64,000 nucleotides of DNA, taken from assembly GCA_029202545.1 (NCBI GenBank), contig CP119311.1:5276069-5340068 (forward strand). The letters are read 5' to 3'. The notes below the pieces were generated by a model. It worked only from the letters and a program-made list of their open reading frames with translations. It was not told where the DNA came from and searched no databases. This DNA comes from Candidatus Pseudobacter hemicellulosilyticus (GTDB taxonomy: Bacteria > Bacteroidota > Bacteroidia > Chitinophagales > Chitinophagaceae). The translations under genes and the position numbers were made by a program. Shown here piece by piece: positions 47,764 to 58,898 of the stretch; the stretch's first letter is position 1, and each line of letters starts with the position of its first letter.

Positions 47764-50025
47764 ATGCTGTCTAAAACAATGGCCTGGAGAGGTTGGACTC
47801 TCCTTTTTATCCTGTCCATCCATGTAACCGCCCTTGCCCAAACCCGTACCGGCAGGCCAAAGCTGGGTGTTACCCTCAGTGGCGGCGGCGCCAAAGGCCT
47901 GGCCCATATCGGTATCCTCAAAGCCATTGACTCGGCCGGTCTCAAAGTGGACTATATCACCGGCACCAGCATGGGCAGTATCATCGGCAGCCTCTACGCC
48001 GTAGGCTATTCGGCCGACAGCATTGAACAGATAGCCCGCGCCATCGACTGGGACCTCCTGCTCAGCAACAGCTCCTCACTCCGCAGTATCTTCATGGAAG
48101 AAAAGGATGAATACTCCAAGTATATCCTGGAACTGCCCTGGCTTAACCATAGCTTTCACCTGCCCAGCGGCGTGCTGCAGGGACAGGAGCTCTGGCTCAA
48201 ATTCTCCGAACTCTTCTTCCCCGTATACGCACAGAAGGATTTTTCAAAATTCAGTATCCCCTTCCGCTGTATCAGTACCGATGTAGGTACCGGCGAAGCC
48301 GTAGTGCTGAAAGATGGCGAGATCATTTCGGCTGTGCGTTCCAGTATGGCCATCCCCTCCGTGTTCACTGCTGTAGACCATGAAGGAAGAAAACTGATAG
48401 ATGGCGGCGTGGTCCGCAATTTCCCCGTCCGTGATGTGCGGGAAATGGGCGCCGAATACGTGATCGGCAGCAATGTGGCCACCGGCCTGCTCCCTTCGGA
48501 AAAAGTGCGCAACGCATTCCAGATCCTGATGCAGGTGGCCTTTTTCCGGGAAGCGGAGGACAATAAACTGGAAGTGCCGCAATGTAATATCTATGTGCCT
48601 TTCAAGATGGACAAGTTCAATATGGGCAGCTTTGCCGATGCCAATTCGATCCTGGAAATGGGACTGGAAGAAGGCCGTAAGCTCTATCCCCGGCTAAAGG
48701 CCCTGGCAGATTCCCTCAACGCCCTCTACGGTGCGCAGGAGATCAGCCATTACCGCCTGCCCGAAGTAAATCATGTCAAGATCAGCGCCTATGAAGTGCG
48801 GGGCACCGACAGGACCAGCCCGGACTTCTTTACCCATACCATGGACTTTGCCACCAACCATTACTATACGGCAGAGAAACTGGCCAACATGGTGCGGCAG
48901 GCTTATGGCACCCGCTATTACAGCCGGGTGGTCTATTCGCTGGAACCCTTGCCGGACGGCAGCTGCAAGATCATCTTTGATGTCACCGAAAACCCGTTGA
49001 CCTTTGCCAAGCTGGGCCTGCACTATAACCGCTTCAGCGGCATTGGACTGATCACCAATATCACCGCCCGGAACTTTTTTGCCACTAACTCGCGCAGCCT
49101 GGTGTCCCTCAACCTGGGAGAAAGCATCCGCGTACGGGGAGAACACCTGCAATATTTTGGCAGGAAAAAGGATTTCTCCCTGTTGCTGGAAACGCAGTTC
49201 GACCGGTTTGACATTAATACCTATACCTACGAACGCTATAAACAGGACGGCCTGTATAAAACCAACTTCTTCAAATTCGGCAGTCGTTTCCAGTTCTCTT
49301 CCAAACGCCGCTTCACCGCCGGCCTGGGCGCCAAATGGGAATGGGTACAGTATGTCCCTACCATCAGCTCGCAGTTTGAGATCAAGGGCAGTAATAACTT
49401 CTTTACGCACTACCTGTACCTGGGGCACAATACCCTGGATAAAGCCGTATTTCCGCGGCGGGGCGTGAAGCTGGAAACAGAACTGGGTTATGTAGCGCCG
49501 CAGCATCCCAATATCAATTTCCTGATCAACGGGCAGCAGCCCAACAACCCGGATTCCCTGAAAATTAATACCGATCCCTACCCCCGCCTCAGCGTCAACC
49601 TGGAAAGCTATACTCCTTTCAGCAAGCGGACTACCCTTCAGCTGGGCCTGCAAAGCGGTATCAGCTTCAATTACAACGGGCATATCATGAACGAGATGGT
49701 AGTAGGCGGGCTGACAAAGACCTTCCGCAACCAGGTCACTTTTGCCGGTCTCCAGGAAGGGACCGTGTATTCCGCCAGCGCCCTGGCGCTGCATAGCGCC
49801 CTGCGCGTGCAGGTGCTGGGCAATACCTACCTGACAGGCAGGGCCAATGTGCTGTTCAATAATTTTGTGTCCAGCACCGATTTCTTTGATGATCCAAAAT
49901 TCTTCTCGGGTTACTCGCTGACCTTCGCCTACAATTTTGCTTTAGGTCCGCTGGAGATCAGCGCCATGTATTGCGACCAGACCCGGCGGGTCCAGTCCTA
50001 TATCAACCTGGGGATCCCGTTTTAG
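47764..50025 (+). CDS. Patatin-like phospholipase with POTRA and beta-barrel domains (PlpD/type Vd-like)
   Basis: LSGGGAKGLAHIG, GTSMG and DGG motifs, followed by a C-terminal barrel ending YINLGIPF. Confidence 0.9.
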   Translation: MLSKTMAWRGWTLLFILSIHVTALAQTRTGRPKLGVTLSGGGAKGLAHIGILKAIDSAGLKVDYITGTSMGSIIGSLYAVGYSADSIEQIARAIDWDLLLSNSSSLRSIFMEEKDEYSKYILELPWLNHSFHLPSGVLQGQELWLKFSELFFPVYAQKDFSKFSIPFRCISTDVGTGEAVVLKDGEIISAVRSSMAIPSVFTAVDHEGRKLIDGGVVRNFPVRDVREMGAEYVIGSNVATGLLPSEKVRNAFQILMQVAFFREAEDNKLEVPQCNIYVPFKMDKFNMGSFADANSILEMGLEEGRKLYPRLKALADSLNALYGAQEISHYRLPEVNHVKISAYEVRGTDRTSPDFFTHTMDFATNHYYTAEKLANMVRQAYGTRYYSRVVYSLEPLPDGSCKIIFDVTENPLTFAKLGLHYNRFSGIGLITNITARNFFATNSRSLVSLNLGESIRVRGEHLQYFGRKKDFSLLLETQFDRFDINTYTYERYKQDGLYKTNFFKFGSRFQFSSKRRFTAGLGAKWEWVQYVPTISSQFEIKGSNNFFTHYLYLGHNTLDKAVFPRRGVKLETELGYVAPQHPNINFLINGQQPNNPDSLKINTDPYPRLSVNLESYTPFSKRTTLQLGLQSGISFNYNGHIMNEMVVGGLTKTFRNQVTFAGLQEGTVYSASALALHSALRVQVLGNTYLTGRANVLFNNFVSSTDFFDDPKFFSGYSLTFAYNFALGPLEISAMYCDQTRRVQSYINLGIPF

Positions 50026-50080
50026 CAGGTAGTAAACCCCGCTGATGCAGTGGAAGCAGCCATCGGCATTCAGGGAACCA

Positions 50081-50201
50081 GTCGCTCGCCTCCGGCGAGT
50101 GACCAGTATTTTTTTAGCCTCCGGCTGACGCAGCGGGAACGCCGGTAGCTGTTAATCGCCAGAGGCGACGGAATATACGTCACTCGCCGGAGGCGAGCGA
50201 C
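50081..50201. repeat. 121-bp REP/REPIN-like element, copy 2 (interior inverted relative to copy 1)
   Basis: Perfect 23-bp terminal IRs (50081-50103 and 50179-50201) and the same two internal hairpins. It lies between convergent genes. Confidence 0.9.
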
Positions 50202-50218
50202 AGTGTCCCTAAGCATCC

Positions 50219-52769
50219 TTACATTTCTTCTTCTCTTCCCCCGCCTTCAGACCTTTGTTTCCGGAACAGGGCAAAGTCTGTTTTACCAAACTTATACGCA
50301 AATGTGATCCGGAAATTCCGCACGTTCCTGCGGCGGTAAGAATCCTGGTAGAAAGTCTCTGTATCGTAGATAGTTCCCCAGCGACGATGGTTGAACACGT
50401 CGTTTACGTTGAACGTAATGCTGGCTTTATTGTCTTTGAGGAAATCCTTTTTCACCGCCACATCCGTATTGTAACGGGCTTTGCGCTTGCCCTGAGGGAT
50501 CACTTCCGGCGATTCATACTCACTGATCAGCTGGAAGGCCAGCTTGTTGAATACCGGCGATGTGGACGCCAGCCTGTAATTCAGCGTCAGCTTGGTTTCC
50601 CAGTTGAAGCCCTCATTGCTCAGGTCCAGGTTGTTCACATTGGCTTTCACCTTCATGTACTGGAGGTTAAAAGTGGGGGTAAGATCAAACTGGCTGCCGA
50701 TCTTCTGCTGCAGGGTCAGTTCTGCGCCCCATTGCTGCTCACTGTTGGCATTGATAAAGGTATTGAGGATGGCATTGGGATCTACTGCGGCATTGTTCAG
50801 CTGCTCATATTTGGCGGCCGTAATGGTATCGCTGTACTGTGTGATCTCATCGGTAGAATAGCGGTAATAGACCACACCCAGGAAACTGCCGGTGCCATAG
50901 GTCTTATTGTAATTAAATTCGAAGCTGTTGGTGAACTCCGGTTTCAGGGCCGGATTACCCTGGCGCAGGTTCAGCGGGTCATTGATATCCACAAAGGGAT
51001 TCAGCTGCCAGAAATTGGGCCGGCGGATCCTGCGGGTATAGTTCAGCTGCAGTTCATTGCCATCCCCCACTTCCTTCGACAGGAACACGCTGGGAAATAA
51101 AGCATTGAACAGGTTACCAAAATCTGATGGATACTCGTAACCGAATTTCATAGCGCTGTCGATCAGCGTACCGTCAAATTTGGAATGCTCGGCACGCAGG
51201 CCAAGCTGGTAGCCGATCCCCCCTATTTTATCTGTATAGGTCACATAGGCTGCATTCACCATTTCGCGGTAATTGTAGTGATTGCTCAGCGGCAGTTTCA
51301 CTTCCACACCGCTGAGGCGCGAATAGGAATTGAAGAGGCTGGTCTGCTCATTGAGGTAGGTCCGCACGCCGGTTTCCAGTTTGGCGTTTTCTCCCCGCGG
51401 ATCGGTAAAATCCACCTGGATGGTCAGCTGGTTATTATCATCGCTGCCCTGGTTGCGCACAATATTGTCCGGGGCGTTGGAACTGCCGTCCGGGTTAAAA
51501 TAACGGTTAAGGATATTTGTATTGTTATTACCGTTGCCCCAGCTGTAATTGATATCTGCATTCAGCTCTTTGCCGGGTTCAGCAAATTTGTGTTTGTAGA
51601 TCAGCTGGGTATTGGCCCGGTCAAACCGGGAGCGGTTGTTGGAGGTCCTGTCGCCCGTACGGTCCAGAACACCGGCGGCCGTATAATAGGCCTGGTCCTG
51701 GTCTTCATCGGTCCGGAACTGGCCATTGGTAAAGCCCTGTGTAATGCTGAGGGTATTGCGGTTATCCAGGAAATAGTCCGCCCCAAAACGTACCGAAGCA
51801 AAACGGCGGCGGCTGTCTGCCTCCGATTGCTGGTTGAACCAGTCCTGCTTCACGCCGTTGAGGATATTCTGCCGGAAGGATTCCCCTTTGGCAATACCGC
51901 CCTGGCGGTTATAGTTACCGGAAACAAAGAAATTGAATTTATCCTGCCGCAGGTTGAGGTTCAGGTTACCGTTCAGGATACCGGGAGCGCCCGCGCCCAC
52001 AGAAGCCATACCATTGAGCCCCAGCTTGCGGTTCTTCTTCAGGATGATATTGATCACCCCCCCTACGCTGGCCGCATCAAAACGGGCCGAGGGATTGGTG
52101 ATCAGCTCTATTCTTTCTATATCGTTGGCAGAGATCTGGTCAAGGGTAAGGATGGTGGGCCGGCCGTCCACAAAGATCTGGGGCGACTGGTTCCTCAACA
52201 CCACATTGCCATCCACATCCACGGAAACAGAGGGAATATTCTTCATGACGTCAATAGCAGAGCCGCCGGTGGCCACCAGGCTTTTCTCCACGTCAAATGT
52301 TTTACGGTCAATGCCCATCTGCAGGGCAGGCTTCTGCCCTACTACCGTTACAGCGCTCAGGGTCTGGGCATCCTGCTCCAGTTTGATATTACCCAGGTCC
52401 TGCTCCGTTGGTCCTTCGCCGGGGCGGGCGGTGAAACGGATAAAACGGGGTGAGCGGCTGAAAACCGATGGCGGTGACCTCCAGGCGGAAGGAATCACGG
52501 ACTGGCAGGTTCTCCATACTGAAATCGCCATTCTGTTTGGTGAGCATACCGCCCACGAGGCTGTCGCCAGTTACCCCGGCGCCATTGGGCAGCTGAAGAA
52601 AAAGCCGGATGGATGCTGCATCAATGCCTTTACCTGTTTTAGTGTCCACGATCTTACCATAGAATTTACCCCGGGGCGCAGCACGGCCCGCCCGCTGGTT
52701 TTCTTCCTGTGCAAAAACCGGGTGCATACCGAAAAAGCCTGTCAATAGCAGCAATAGATATTTCATCAT
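50219..52769 (-). pseudogene. TonB-dependent/outer-membrane beta-barrel receptor split by a +1 frameshift
   Basis: ORF 52769-52389 carries the signal peptide and CarboxypepD_reg domain. ORF 52531-50219 carries the plug and barrel. Removing one G from GGGG at 52447-52450 fuses them in frame (...GFQPLT-RFIRFTA...), giving 849 aa. Confidence 0.85.
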
Positions 52770-52871
52770 GTTACCGAATAGCGTTTAGCAAATGGATTTC
52801 CTGCCCCTTCGACGACAGTTGCCTTCGAAGGACGGCACAGTGGAGGCCTTTTAAGATTCTTTTAACGGTTT

Positions 52872-54989
52872 TCAGGAATCCGTTCTGCGGACACGGATAT
52901 AATCATGCAGTACCCAGACAGCCTCAGACAGGAAGAGGTCTTTTTTCAGGCTGTTGAGCCAGGAGCGGTTGCTGTCTATCCTGAACTGTTCCCTGTTCAG
53001 TAATTCCTCGCCCAGCTCACCCACATTGGCGACGGCCAGGCTATCGCTGGTAACAAGTTGTTTACGGATCCGGGCCACCCGGCTCTGCAATTCCTTTTCT
53101 TCCCTGCGGTATTTCAGCAACTGAAGCTGGTGGACCGTACCGCGGTTCTTCAGCCATTGCAGGTTATTCCGGAGCGATGTCAGCTGGGTATCCTTTGCAA
53201 TCCGTGCGCCCGCCAGGGCAATGACCTGGCCAATAGCACCCTGATCGCCCGACAGCACAAAAGGCACAGCGGGAATGGTATCCCAGGCCAGCGCGGTAGG
53301 ATTGTACTTCTCCTGCATTTTGTAAGGCTCATAGATGCCCGGCAGCTGTATATCCGGCACAATCCCTTTCAATTGGGTAGCGCCGCCTGTAATGCGGTAA
53401 TATTTCTGCAGGGTGATATGCACCGTGCCCAGGTCCACATCTTCCAGGTCCGGCATCCGGGCATCCGTCACCCCAAAAGAACGCTGCACGGACCCCTTGC
53501 CATAGGTGGAAGAGGAGCCGATCACAATGCCCCGGTGATAATCCTGGATAGCAGCGGCAAAGATCTCTGACGCCGAAGCACTGATCTCATTCACCAGCAC
53601 TACCAGGGGACCATCATACACTACGTTGGGCGATTTCACCTGGCTGACATAGGGTGCGCCGGAAGCGCTTTTCACCTGAACCACGGGGCCTTCCTTGATG
53701 AAGAGGCCCACCATATTGATCACTTCGCCCAGGCTGCCGCCGGTATTGTTCCTTATATCTACAATGATCCCTTCTACTGCTTCCGCTTTCAGCTTTTCCA
53801 GCTCGCGTTGCATATCTTCCGCACAGCTTCTGCCATTGGCGTCACCAAATTTTGTATAGAATTTGGGAAAGGAGATATACCCTAATTTCTGTCCGTTGTC
53901 AATCACGGCGCTTTTCACAAAAGTATCTTCCAGCTGGAGTGCTTCACGGGTAAGGGGCACCTCGCGCAGCGTACCATCGTTGCGGCGGAAAGTGATGGTG
54001 ACTGCTGTTCCTTTTTTGCCGCGGGTCAGCTTGATGATCTCACTCATGGCAAAACCAGCCACATCCACCGGTTTCTCCCCCTGCTGTGCCACTTTCACCA
54101 GGATATCGCCTTTTTCCACCTGGCCTGATTTCCAGGCAGGCCCGCCGATCATCAGTTCATTGATGCTTACCTTGCCCTGTTGCTCCTGGAGCAGGGCGCC
54201 GATGCCATAATAAATGCCGCTGAGCCCTTCCTGGAATTCCCGGCGGTCCACCGGCAGGAAATAATTGCTGTGCGGATCATAGAGATTGGTGATGGTATTG
54301 ATATAGGTATTGAAAGCCTCTTCATCCGTGGTCAGCTTAAGCAGGCTTTCTATATTGCGTTGTTCAATGCGGTTCACCAGCTGCCTGGCCTTCTCTTCCA
54401 GCTGCGCATCCGTGGTCCTGGCCAGGGAATCCTTGGAACTGGCCTTGCTGCGTATTTCCAGTTCATCTTCATATTGGGCCAGCACCTGGAATTTGAGGTA
54501 ATTCTTCCAGCGGGCGGTCAGCTCTTCTGCCGTTTTGCAGAAGGAAAGTTTCTCTGTATTCTCATTGTAGGTGCCGGGATCTGTGAACTGGAAAGGATGT
54601 TTCAGCAGTTCTTCCACCTGCTTTTCGGCTTCTTTCAACCGGCCTTTGAAACTGCTGTTGACAGCTTTATAGAACTGCACCTGGCGGCCGCGCATTTCAT
54701 CGTCCAGCTGGGTCTCAAATTTTTTAAAATGGGTCAGGTCCTCCTGAAGAAAAAACCGTTTGCCCGGATCCAGCTGGTCCAGGTAAGCATTGAATACCTT
54801 TCGGGAGAACTGGTCGTCCAGCTGACGCGGTGCATAGTGGATCTGTTGCAGCATACCGGCAGTGCTGTGAAAGACCAGGTCTATATTATCAGTGACCTTC
54901 GTCATCTGGGCAGTCCCCTGCAGGCCGGTGGCCAGCAGCAGGCTGCCGCTGAACAATAAGGAACGGTAAAATGTCAAAACGCTCTTCAT
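52872..54989 (-). CDS. prc: Carboxy-terminal processing protease (S41, Prc/Tsp-like)
   Basis: LDPGKRFFL, YDPHSNY, a PDZ domain, DIRNNTGGSL, SASASEIFAAAIQDY, TYGKGSVQ and YYRITGGATQL motifs. Confidence 0.9.
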   Translation of the reverse strand: MKSVLTFYRSLLFSGSLLLATGLQGTAQMTKVTDNIDLVFHSTAGMLQQIHYAPRQLDDQFSRKVFNAYLDQLDPGKRFFLQEDLTHFKKFETQLDDEMRGRQVQFYKAVNSSFKGRLKEAEKQVEELLKHPFQFTDPGTYNENTEKLSFCKTAEELTARWKNYLKFQVLAQYEDELEIRSKASSKDSLARTTDAQLEEKARQLVNRIEQRNIESLLKLTTDEEAFNTYINTITNLYDPHSNYFLPVDRREFQEGLSGIYYGIGALLQEQQGKVSINELMIGGPAWKSGQVEKGDILVKVAQQGEKPVDVAGFAMSEIIKLTRGKKGTAVTITFRRNDGTLREVPLTREALQLEDTFVKSAVIDNGQKLGYISFPKFYTKFGDANGRSCAEDMQRELEKLKAEAVEGIIVDIRNNTGGSLGEVINMVGLFIKEGPVVQVKSASGAPYVSQVKSPNVVYDGPLVVLVNEISASASEIFAAAIQDYHRGIVIGSSSTYGKGSVQRSFGVTDARMPDLEDVDLGTVHITLQKYYRITGGATQLKGIVPDIQLPGIYEPYKMQEKYNPTALAWDTIPAVPFVLSGDQGAIGQVIALAGARIAKDTQLTSLRNNLQWLKNRGTVHQLQLLKYRREEKELQSRVARIRKQLVTSDSLAVANVGELGEELLNREQFRIDSNRSWLNSLKKDLFLSEAVWVLHDYIRVRRTDS

Positions 54990-55028
54990 CTGAACCTTGA
55001 TTAGTTGATCTGAATAATATACAATGAA

Positions 55029-56096
55029 TTACCAATCGCCATAAGCCCCATACATAGCTGCCCCCATCAGGGCGGTGGCATCCTTGCGGATAATATGGAT
55101 GGGTACTTTCTCCAGCAGATGCTCCATGCGGTCACAATCCATATAATGCTGGTAAAAGATCGGTTCCTGCAGCAGCGGCGCTACTTTGGGAGGGATGCCT
55201 CCCCCCAGGAAAAGCCCGCCGGTAGCTTTTAGCTTGAGGACCAGGTTGGCGCATTCATGGGCTACATAACGTACCCAGAGGTCCATGGTCTCCATACAGA
55301 TGGCCGATGTTCTTTCAATAGCGGCCGTGCTGATGGCGGCGGAGGGATGCTGCTGCATTTCCGGGTTGTCCGACAGGAAAGGCGGCTCCTCCCTTTTCTG
55401 CACATCACGCAGGAAGCGGTAAATATCATAGATGCCGGGACCGCAGATCACACTTTCCCAGCTGACTACTTTGTACTTCGATTGCAGGTACTGGCACAGT
55501 TCCATGTCCATACCGGTTCGGGGTGAAAAATCACAGTGCCCGCCTTCTGTGGGGAATGGATGGTACGAATGACCGTTCCAGAAAAGCCCGGCCTCTCCGA
55601 GTCCTGTTCCGGGCGCCAGGATGGCCATATTGCCTTTGCTGGCGGGGTCTCCCGGCAGCAGGCAGATCACATCTTCAGCTTCCAGTCCAGCCAGCCCATA
55701 GGCAGTGGCTTCCAGGTCGTTGATCAGGGATACCTGCGGGATGCCCAGGTCTCTGGCCATGGAACGGCAGTCCAGTTCCCAGTTGAGGTTGGTGAGGTCT
55801 ACTTTTCCATTCAGCACAGGACCGGCTACACCGAGGCAAATGCGCTCTGGCTGGAGCTTTGTGTCCGCCAGGAAAGACCGTATGATCTCTTCCAGGGTCT
55901 TGTACCTGCCCGAATGGTATTTGGTGTCAGTCACCATGGATATGCCGGCCCGGGTGGCCTCAAAAATGGCCAGGTGCGTTTTGGTGCCGCCAATATCGCC
56001 GGCCAGTACTTTAATGCCCTTGTCGGGGATCTCGTTTCGACGGGGTAAGGCAAGCGGAATATTCAGTCCTTTCTTTGTTTCCTTTTTCTCTGTCAT
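55029..56096 (-). CDS. glk: Glucokinase
   Basis: LAGDIGGTKT, GVAGPV, LTNLNW, LINDLEATAYG, GTGLGEA, TEGGHCDF and GGLFLGGGI motifs. Confidence 0.93.
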   Translation of the reverse strand: MTEKKETKKGLNIPLALPRRNEIPDKGIKVLAGDIGGTKTHLAIFEATRAGISMVTDTKYHSGRYKTLEEIIRSFLADTKLQPERICLGVAGPVLNGKVDLTNLNWELDCRSMARDLGIPQVSLINDLEATAYGLAGLEAEDVICLLPGDPASKGNMAILAPGTGLGEAGLFWNGHSYHPFPTEGGHCDFSPRTGMDMELCQYLQSKYKVVSWESVICGPGIYDIYRFLRDVQKREEPPFLSDNPEMQQHPSAAISTAAIERTSAICMETMDLWVRYVAHECANLVLKLKATGGLFLGGGIPPKVAPLLQEPIFYQHYMDCDRMEHLLEKVPIHIIRKDATALMGAAMYGAYGDW

Positions 56097-56244
56097 GGCA
56101 ATGATTATCAGTTGCTGGATACAGCCTGGTCAACAAAAATGGTACCTCTGTAAAAATACTATTTCTGTGCCGGAAATCCGTGCTGTCCGGCCATTGATTG
56201 ACAGGAGATGCAGAAGAGCAGGATCAGTTGACCGGAATCACCGA

Positions 56245-57225
56245 TCACGACTGGTCGTTAAAATAATTTAATTCTTCTTCCAGTGGCAGGAAGGGATACT
56301 GCTGTTGCAGCTCTTTCGTCTTTTCGTAATGGACCTGGAGGAATTTTTTATGGGCTTCAGTACCCCGATGGAAGGGCTTATGCCGCCGGGCTACCAGGAG
56401 CTTGTGCAGTTGGGCGGCCAGCTGCCGGGATGGTTCGTCCACAAAATGGTTCATGAACTGCTCCACCACATATTGGGTAGCAGCATAGTTGGGATGGACC
56501 ATATCAATATCGTAGAACCGGTAATCCCGCAATACATCTATCACCAGTTCATAGGCGGGAAAATACCAGATCCGGTCAAATTTATTCACCAGGTGATGCA
56601 CTACTTCCAGCAGGCGTGCCTTACTGCGGTTATTATCAACCACTCCATCGCGGATATGCCGCACGGGGCTGATGGTAAAAAGGAACCGCAGTCTGGGATT
56701 AAAATACCGCAGCTGGTGCAGGCAGGTATCCAGCGCCCAGTTGATCTCCTCAATGGTCATCAGGTGTTTGTTGAACCACTGGGCCGGTGCGCGGTGGCAA
56801 TTGGCCACGGGCTGGCTGTTCTCCGTGAGGCGATAGGAAAAAGCACTGCCGAGGGTAATGACCACCCACTCCGCCTTTTTCAGGAAATCATGCGCCTGCT
56901 GCTGGGACGCATTGATCATCCGCAGCGATTCACCGGGATCCATATGCGAAAAGCGGCTATGGTGGTCCCAGCTCTGCCATACTTCATTCAGGTAGAACAG
57001 GTCTTTGGCTTCATACTGCCGGTTCTGTACATAGGACACCAGGCTATTGGCCACACTCTGCGGGTCAAACAGGATGCCGTGCGGATTCTGCAGGACGTTG
57101 AATTTCAAGTCGCGCAGCTGGTTACCTATATGTTCTGTAAAACAGGAGCCGGTAATGAGCAGTGGCTGCTGGTAGTGGATGGGATCAGCAGGCGTGGGGA
57201 TATTGATATCAATGAGAAAGGACAT
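56245..57225 (-). CDS. GSCFA domain-containing protein
   Basis: Literal TGSCFTEHI motif, NPHGILFDP, ITLGSAF, TISPVRH and YFPAYELV.D.LRDYRFY. Confidence 0.92.
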   Translation of the reverse strand: MSFLIDINIPTPADPIHYQQPLLITGSCFTEHIGNQLRDLKFNVLQNPHGILFDPQSVANSLVSYVQNRQYEAKDLFYLNEVWQSWDHHSRFSHMDPGESLRMINASQQQAHDFLKKAEWVVITLGSAFSYRLTENSQPVANCHRAPAQWFNKHLMTIEEINWALDTCLHQLRYFNPRLRFLFTISPVRHIRDGVVDNNRSKARLLEVVHHLVNKFDRIWYFPAYELVIDVLRDYRFYDIDMVHPNYAATQYVVEQFMNHFVDEPSRQLAAQLHKLLVARRHKPFHRGTEAHKKFLQVHYEKTKELQQQYPFLPLEEELNYFNDQS

Positions 57226-57235
57226 ACAAAAGAAT

Positions 57236-58099
57236 TTAAACAAATAGTGAAGCGGCCATATTGCTGCAGCGGGCCAGTGCTTCCGGATCAATGCCGGCCG
57301 GCAGCTGCCTTTGCTGAAAACGTTGCAGCATCCATTCGGTATTCATATTACCTACCAGCTCGTCATGCGCCATGGGGCAGCCGCCGATGCCTTTGAGAGC
57401 GCCGTCAAAACGCCTGCAACCTGCGTCCAGTGCGGCATCCAGCTTAGCCTGCCAGTTATGGGCAGTGGAATGCAGGTGTACGCCGATGGTAGTATCGGGC
57501 ATGGCCTGCACCAGGTGACCGGTGAGGTCGCTTACCTGCTGCGGGCTGGCCAGCCCAACAGTATCCGCCAGGGAAAGGATGCCAATGCCCAGGTCGCGCA
57601 ACCGCTGCGCCCAGTCAAATACAATGGCCGGGCTCCAGGGATCATTATAGGGATTGCCGAAGCCCATGGACAGGTAGACCACCAGCTCTTTATTGTGCTG
57701 TACACAGAGCTGCTGTATCTCGCGGACCCGTTCCAGGGACTGGGTAATAGAACTGTTGGTATTGCGTTGCTGAAAAGTTTCAGATACAGAGAAAGGAAAG
57801 CCCAGGTAGCTGAGCTGCGGGAAAGCGGCAGCTTCGGCTGCGCCCCGCACATTGGCTACAATGGCCAGCAGCCTGGTGGAGCTGCCGGACAGCTGCAGTT
57901 GCGGCAGCACCGCTGCGGTATCCGCCATCTGCGGGATGGCTTTGGGGGATACAAAACTGCCGCAGTCCAGTGTATGGAAGCCCACCTGCAGGAGCGCATT
58001 GAGGTAGGCCACTTTCTCTTCCGTAGGTATAAACCGCTTCCAGCCCTGCATGGCGTCCCGCGGGCATTCTACAAGTTGTATGGAAGCGGTCTGGTTCAT
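57236..58099 (-). CDS. Hydroxymethylglutaryl-CoA lyase
   Basis: ECPRDAMQG, SFVSPKAIPQMAD, SLADTVG, HLH and GIGGCPM motifs. Confidence 0.92.
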   Translation of the reverse strand: MNQTASIQLVECPRDAMQGWKRFIPTEEKVAYLNALLQVGFHTLDCGSFVSPKAIPQMADTAAVLPQLQLSGSSTRLLAIVANVRGAAEAAAFPQLSYLGFPFSVSETFQQRNTNSSITQSLERVREIQQLCVQHNKELVVYLSMGFGNPYNDPWSPAIVFDWAQRLRDLGIGILSLADTVGLASPQQVSDLTGHLVQAMPDTTIGVHLHSTAHNWQAKLDAALDAGCRRFDGALKGIGGCPMAHDELVGNMNTEWMLQRFQQRQLPAGIDPEALARCSNMAASLFV

Positions 58100-58121
58100 A
58101 GTCTGTTTTTTTAACCCCGAC

Positions 58122-58898
58122 TTAGCTCTGAAGCCTTTGCTTCATGGCCTCGTACAGGATAATGCCGGTGGCCACCGATACGTTCAAGGATTCAAAATCG
58201 CCTTTCATGGGGATCCGGAACACCTGGTCGCTGATCTTCAGCAGTCCGGAGAATACACCTTTGTCCTCACTGCCGGCTATAATACAACAAGGTTCCCGGT
58301 ATTCCAGTTCAAAAACATTATCGGTAGCGGTCATTTCTGAAGCATATACTTTAATGCCATTGAGGTGCATTGAATCCACGGCCTTCATCAGGCTGTTGAC
58401 CCGGCATACATGGATCCGTTCCAGGGCGCCGGCGGACGACTTGATGGCCTCTTCATTGAGGGCCCCTACCCCTTTGTCCGGGATCACCAGCGCCTGGGCG
58501 CCGCAGCAGAGCGCGGTGCGGGCAATAGCGCCGATATTCCGTACATCGGTAACGCCGTCCAGCATCACAAACAGCGGGATCTCCCCGTTGCTCACCACAT
58601 GGTCAATCACCTGCTGCAGGTCCATATACTGTACCAGCCCGGCAATGGCAATAACCCCCTGGTGGTTGGCCTGGGTCAGGCCGTCCAGTTTTTCCGGGGG
58701 CACCTGCTGGATAGGAATATTGTTATCGCGCGCCAGCTGGCGGATCTTACCAATGGCGTCACCGCTCACATTGTGCTGGAAGAATATCTTGTCCAGCGCC
58801 CTGCCGGCCTGCATAGCCTCAATCACCGGCTGACGGCCAATGATCAGCGAAGATTTTTTAATCCCTTGTCTGGGTGGTCTTTTATGAAATCCTTCCAT
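58122..58898 (-). CDS. rlmB: 23S rRNA (G2251-2'-O)-methyltransferase RlmB
   Basis: NHQGV, LDGVTDVRNIGAI.R.A, GSEDKGV and IPM.G..ESLNVSVA (SPOUT) motifs. Confidence 0.93.
   Translation of the reverse strand: MEGFHKRPPRQGIKKSSLIIGRQPVIEAMQAGRALDKIFFQHNVSGDAIGKIRQLARDNNIPIQQVPPEKLDGLTQANHQGVIAIAGLVQYMDLQQVIDHVVSNGEIPLFVMLDGVTDVRNIGAIARTALCCGAQALVIPDKGVGALNEEAIKSSAGALERIHVCRVNSLMKAVDSMHLNGIKVYASEMTATDNVFELEYREPCCIIAGSEDKGVFSGLLKISDQVFRIPMKGDFESLNVSVATGIILYEAMKQRLQS

Noticed and set aside
47764-50025. Patatin-POTRA-barrel protein as a novel secretion system
   Set aside because: It matches the described PlpD/type Vd architecture, which is common in Bacteroidota.
52802-52837. Terminator after prc
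   Set aside because: A hairpin is present (7-bp core, 12-nt loop) but no U-tract follows on the minus strand.
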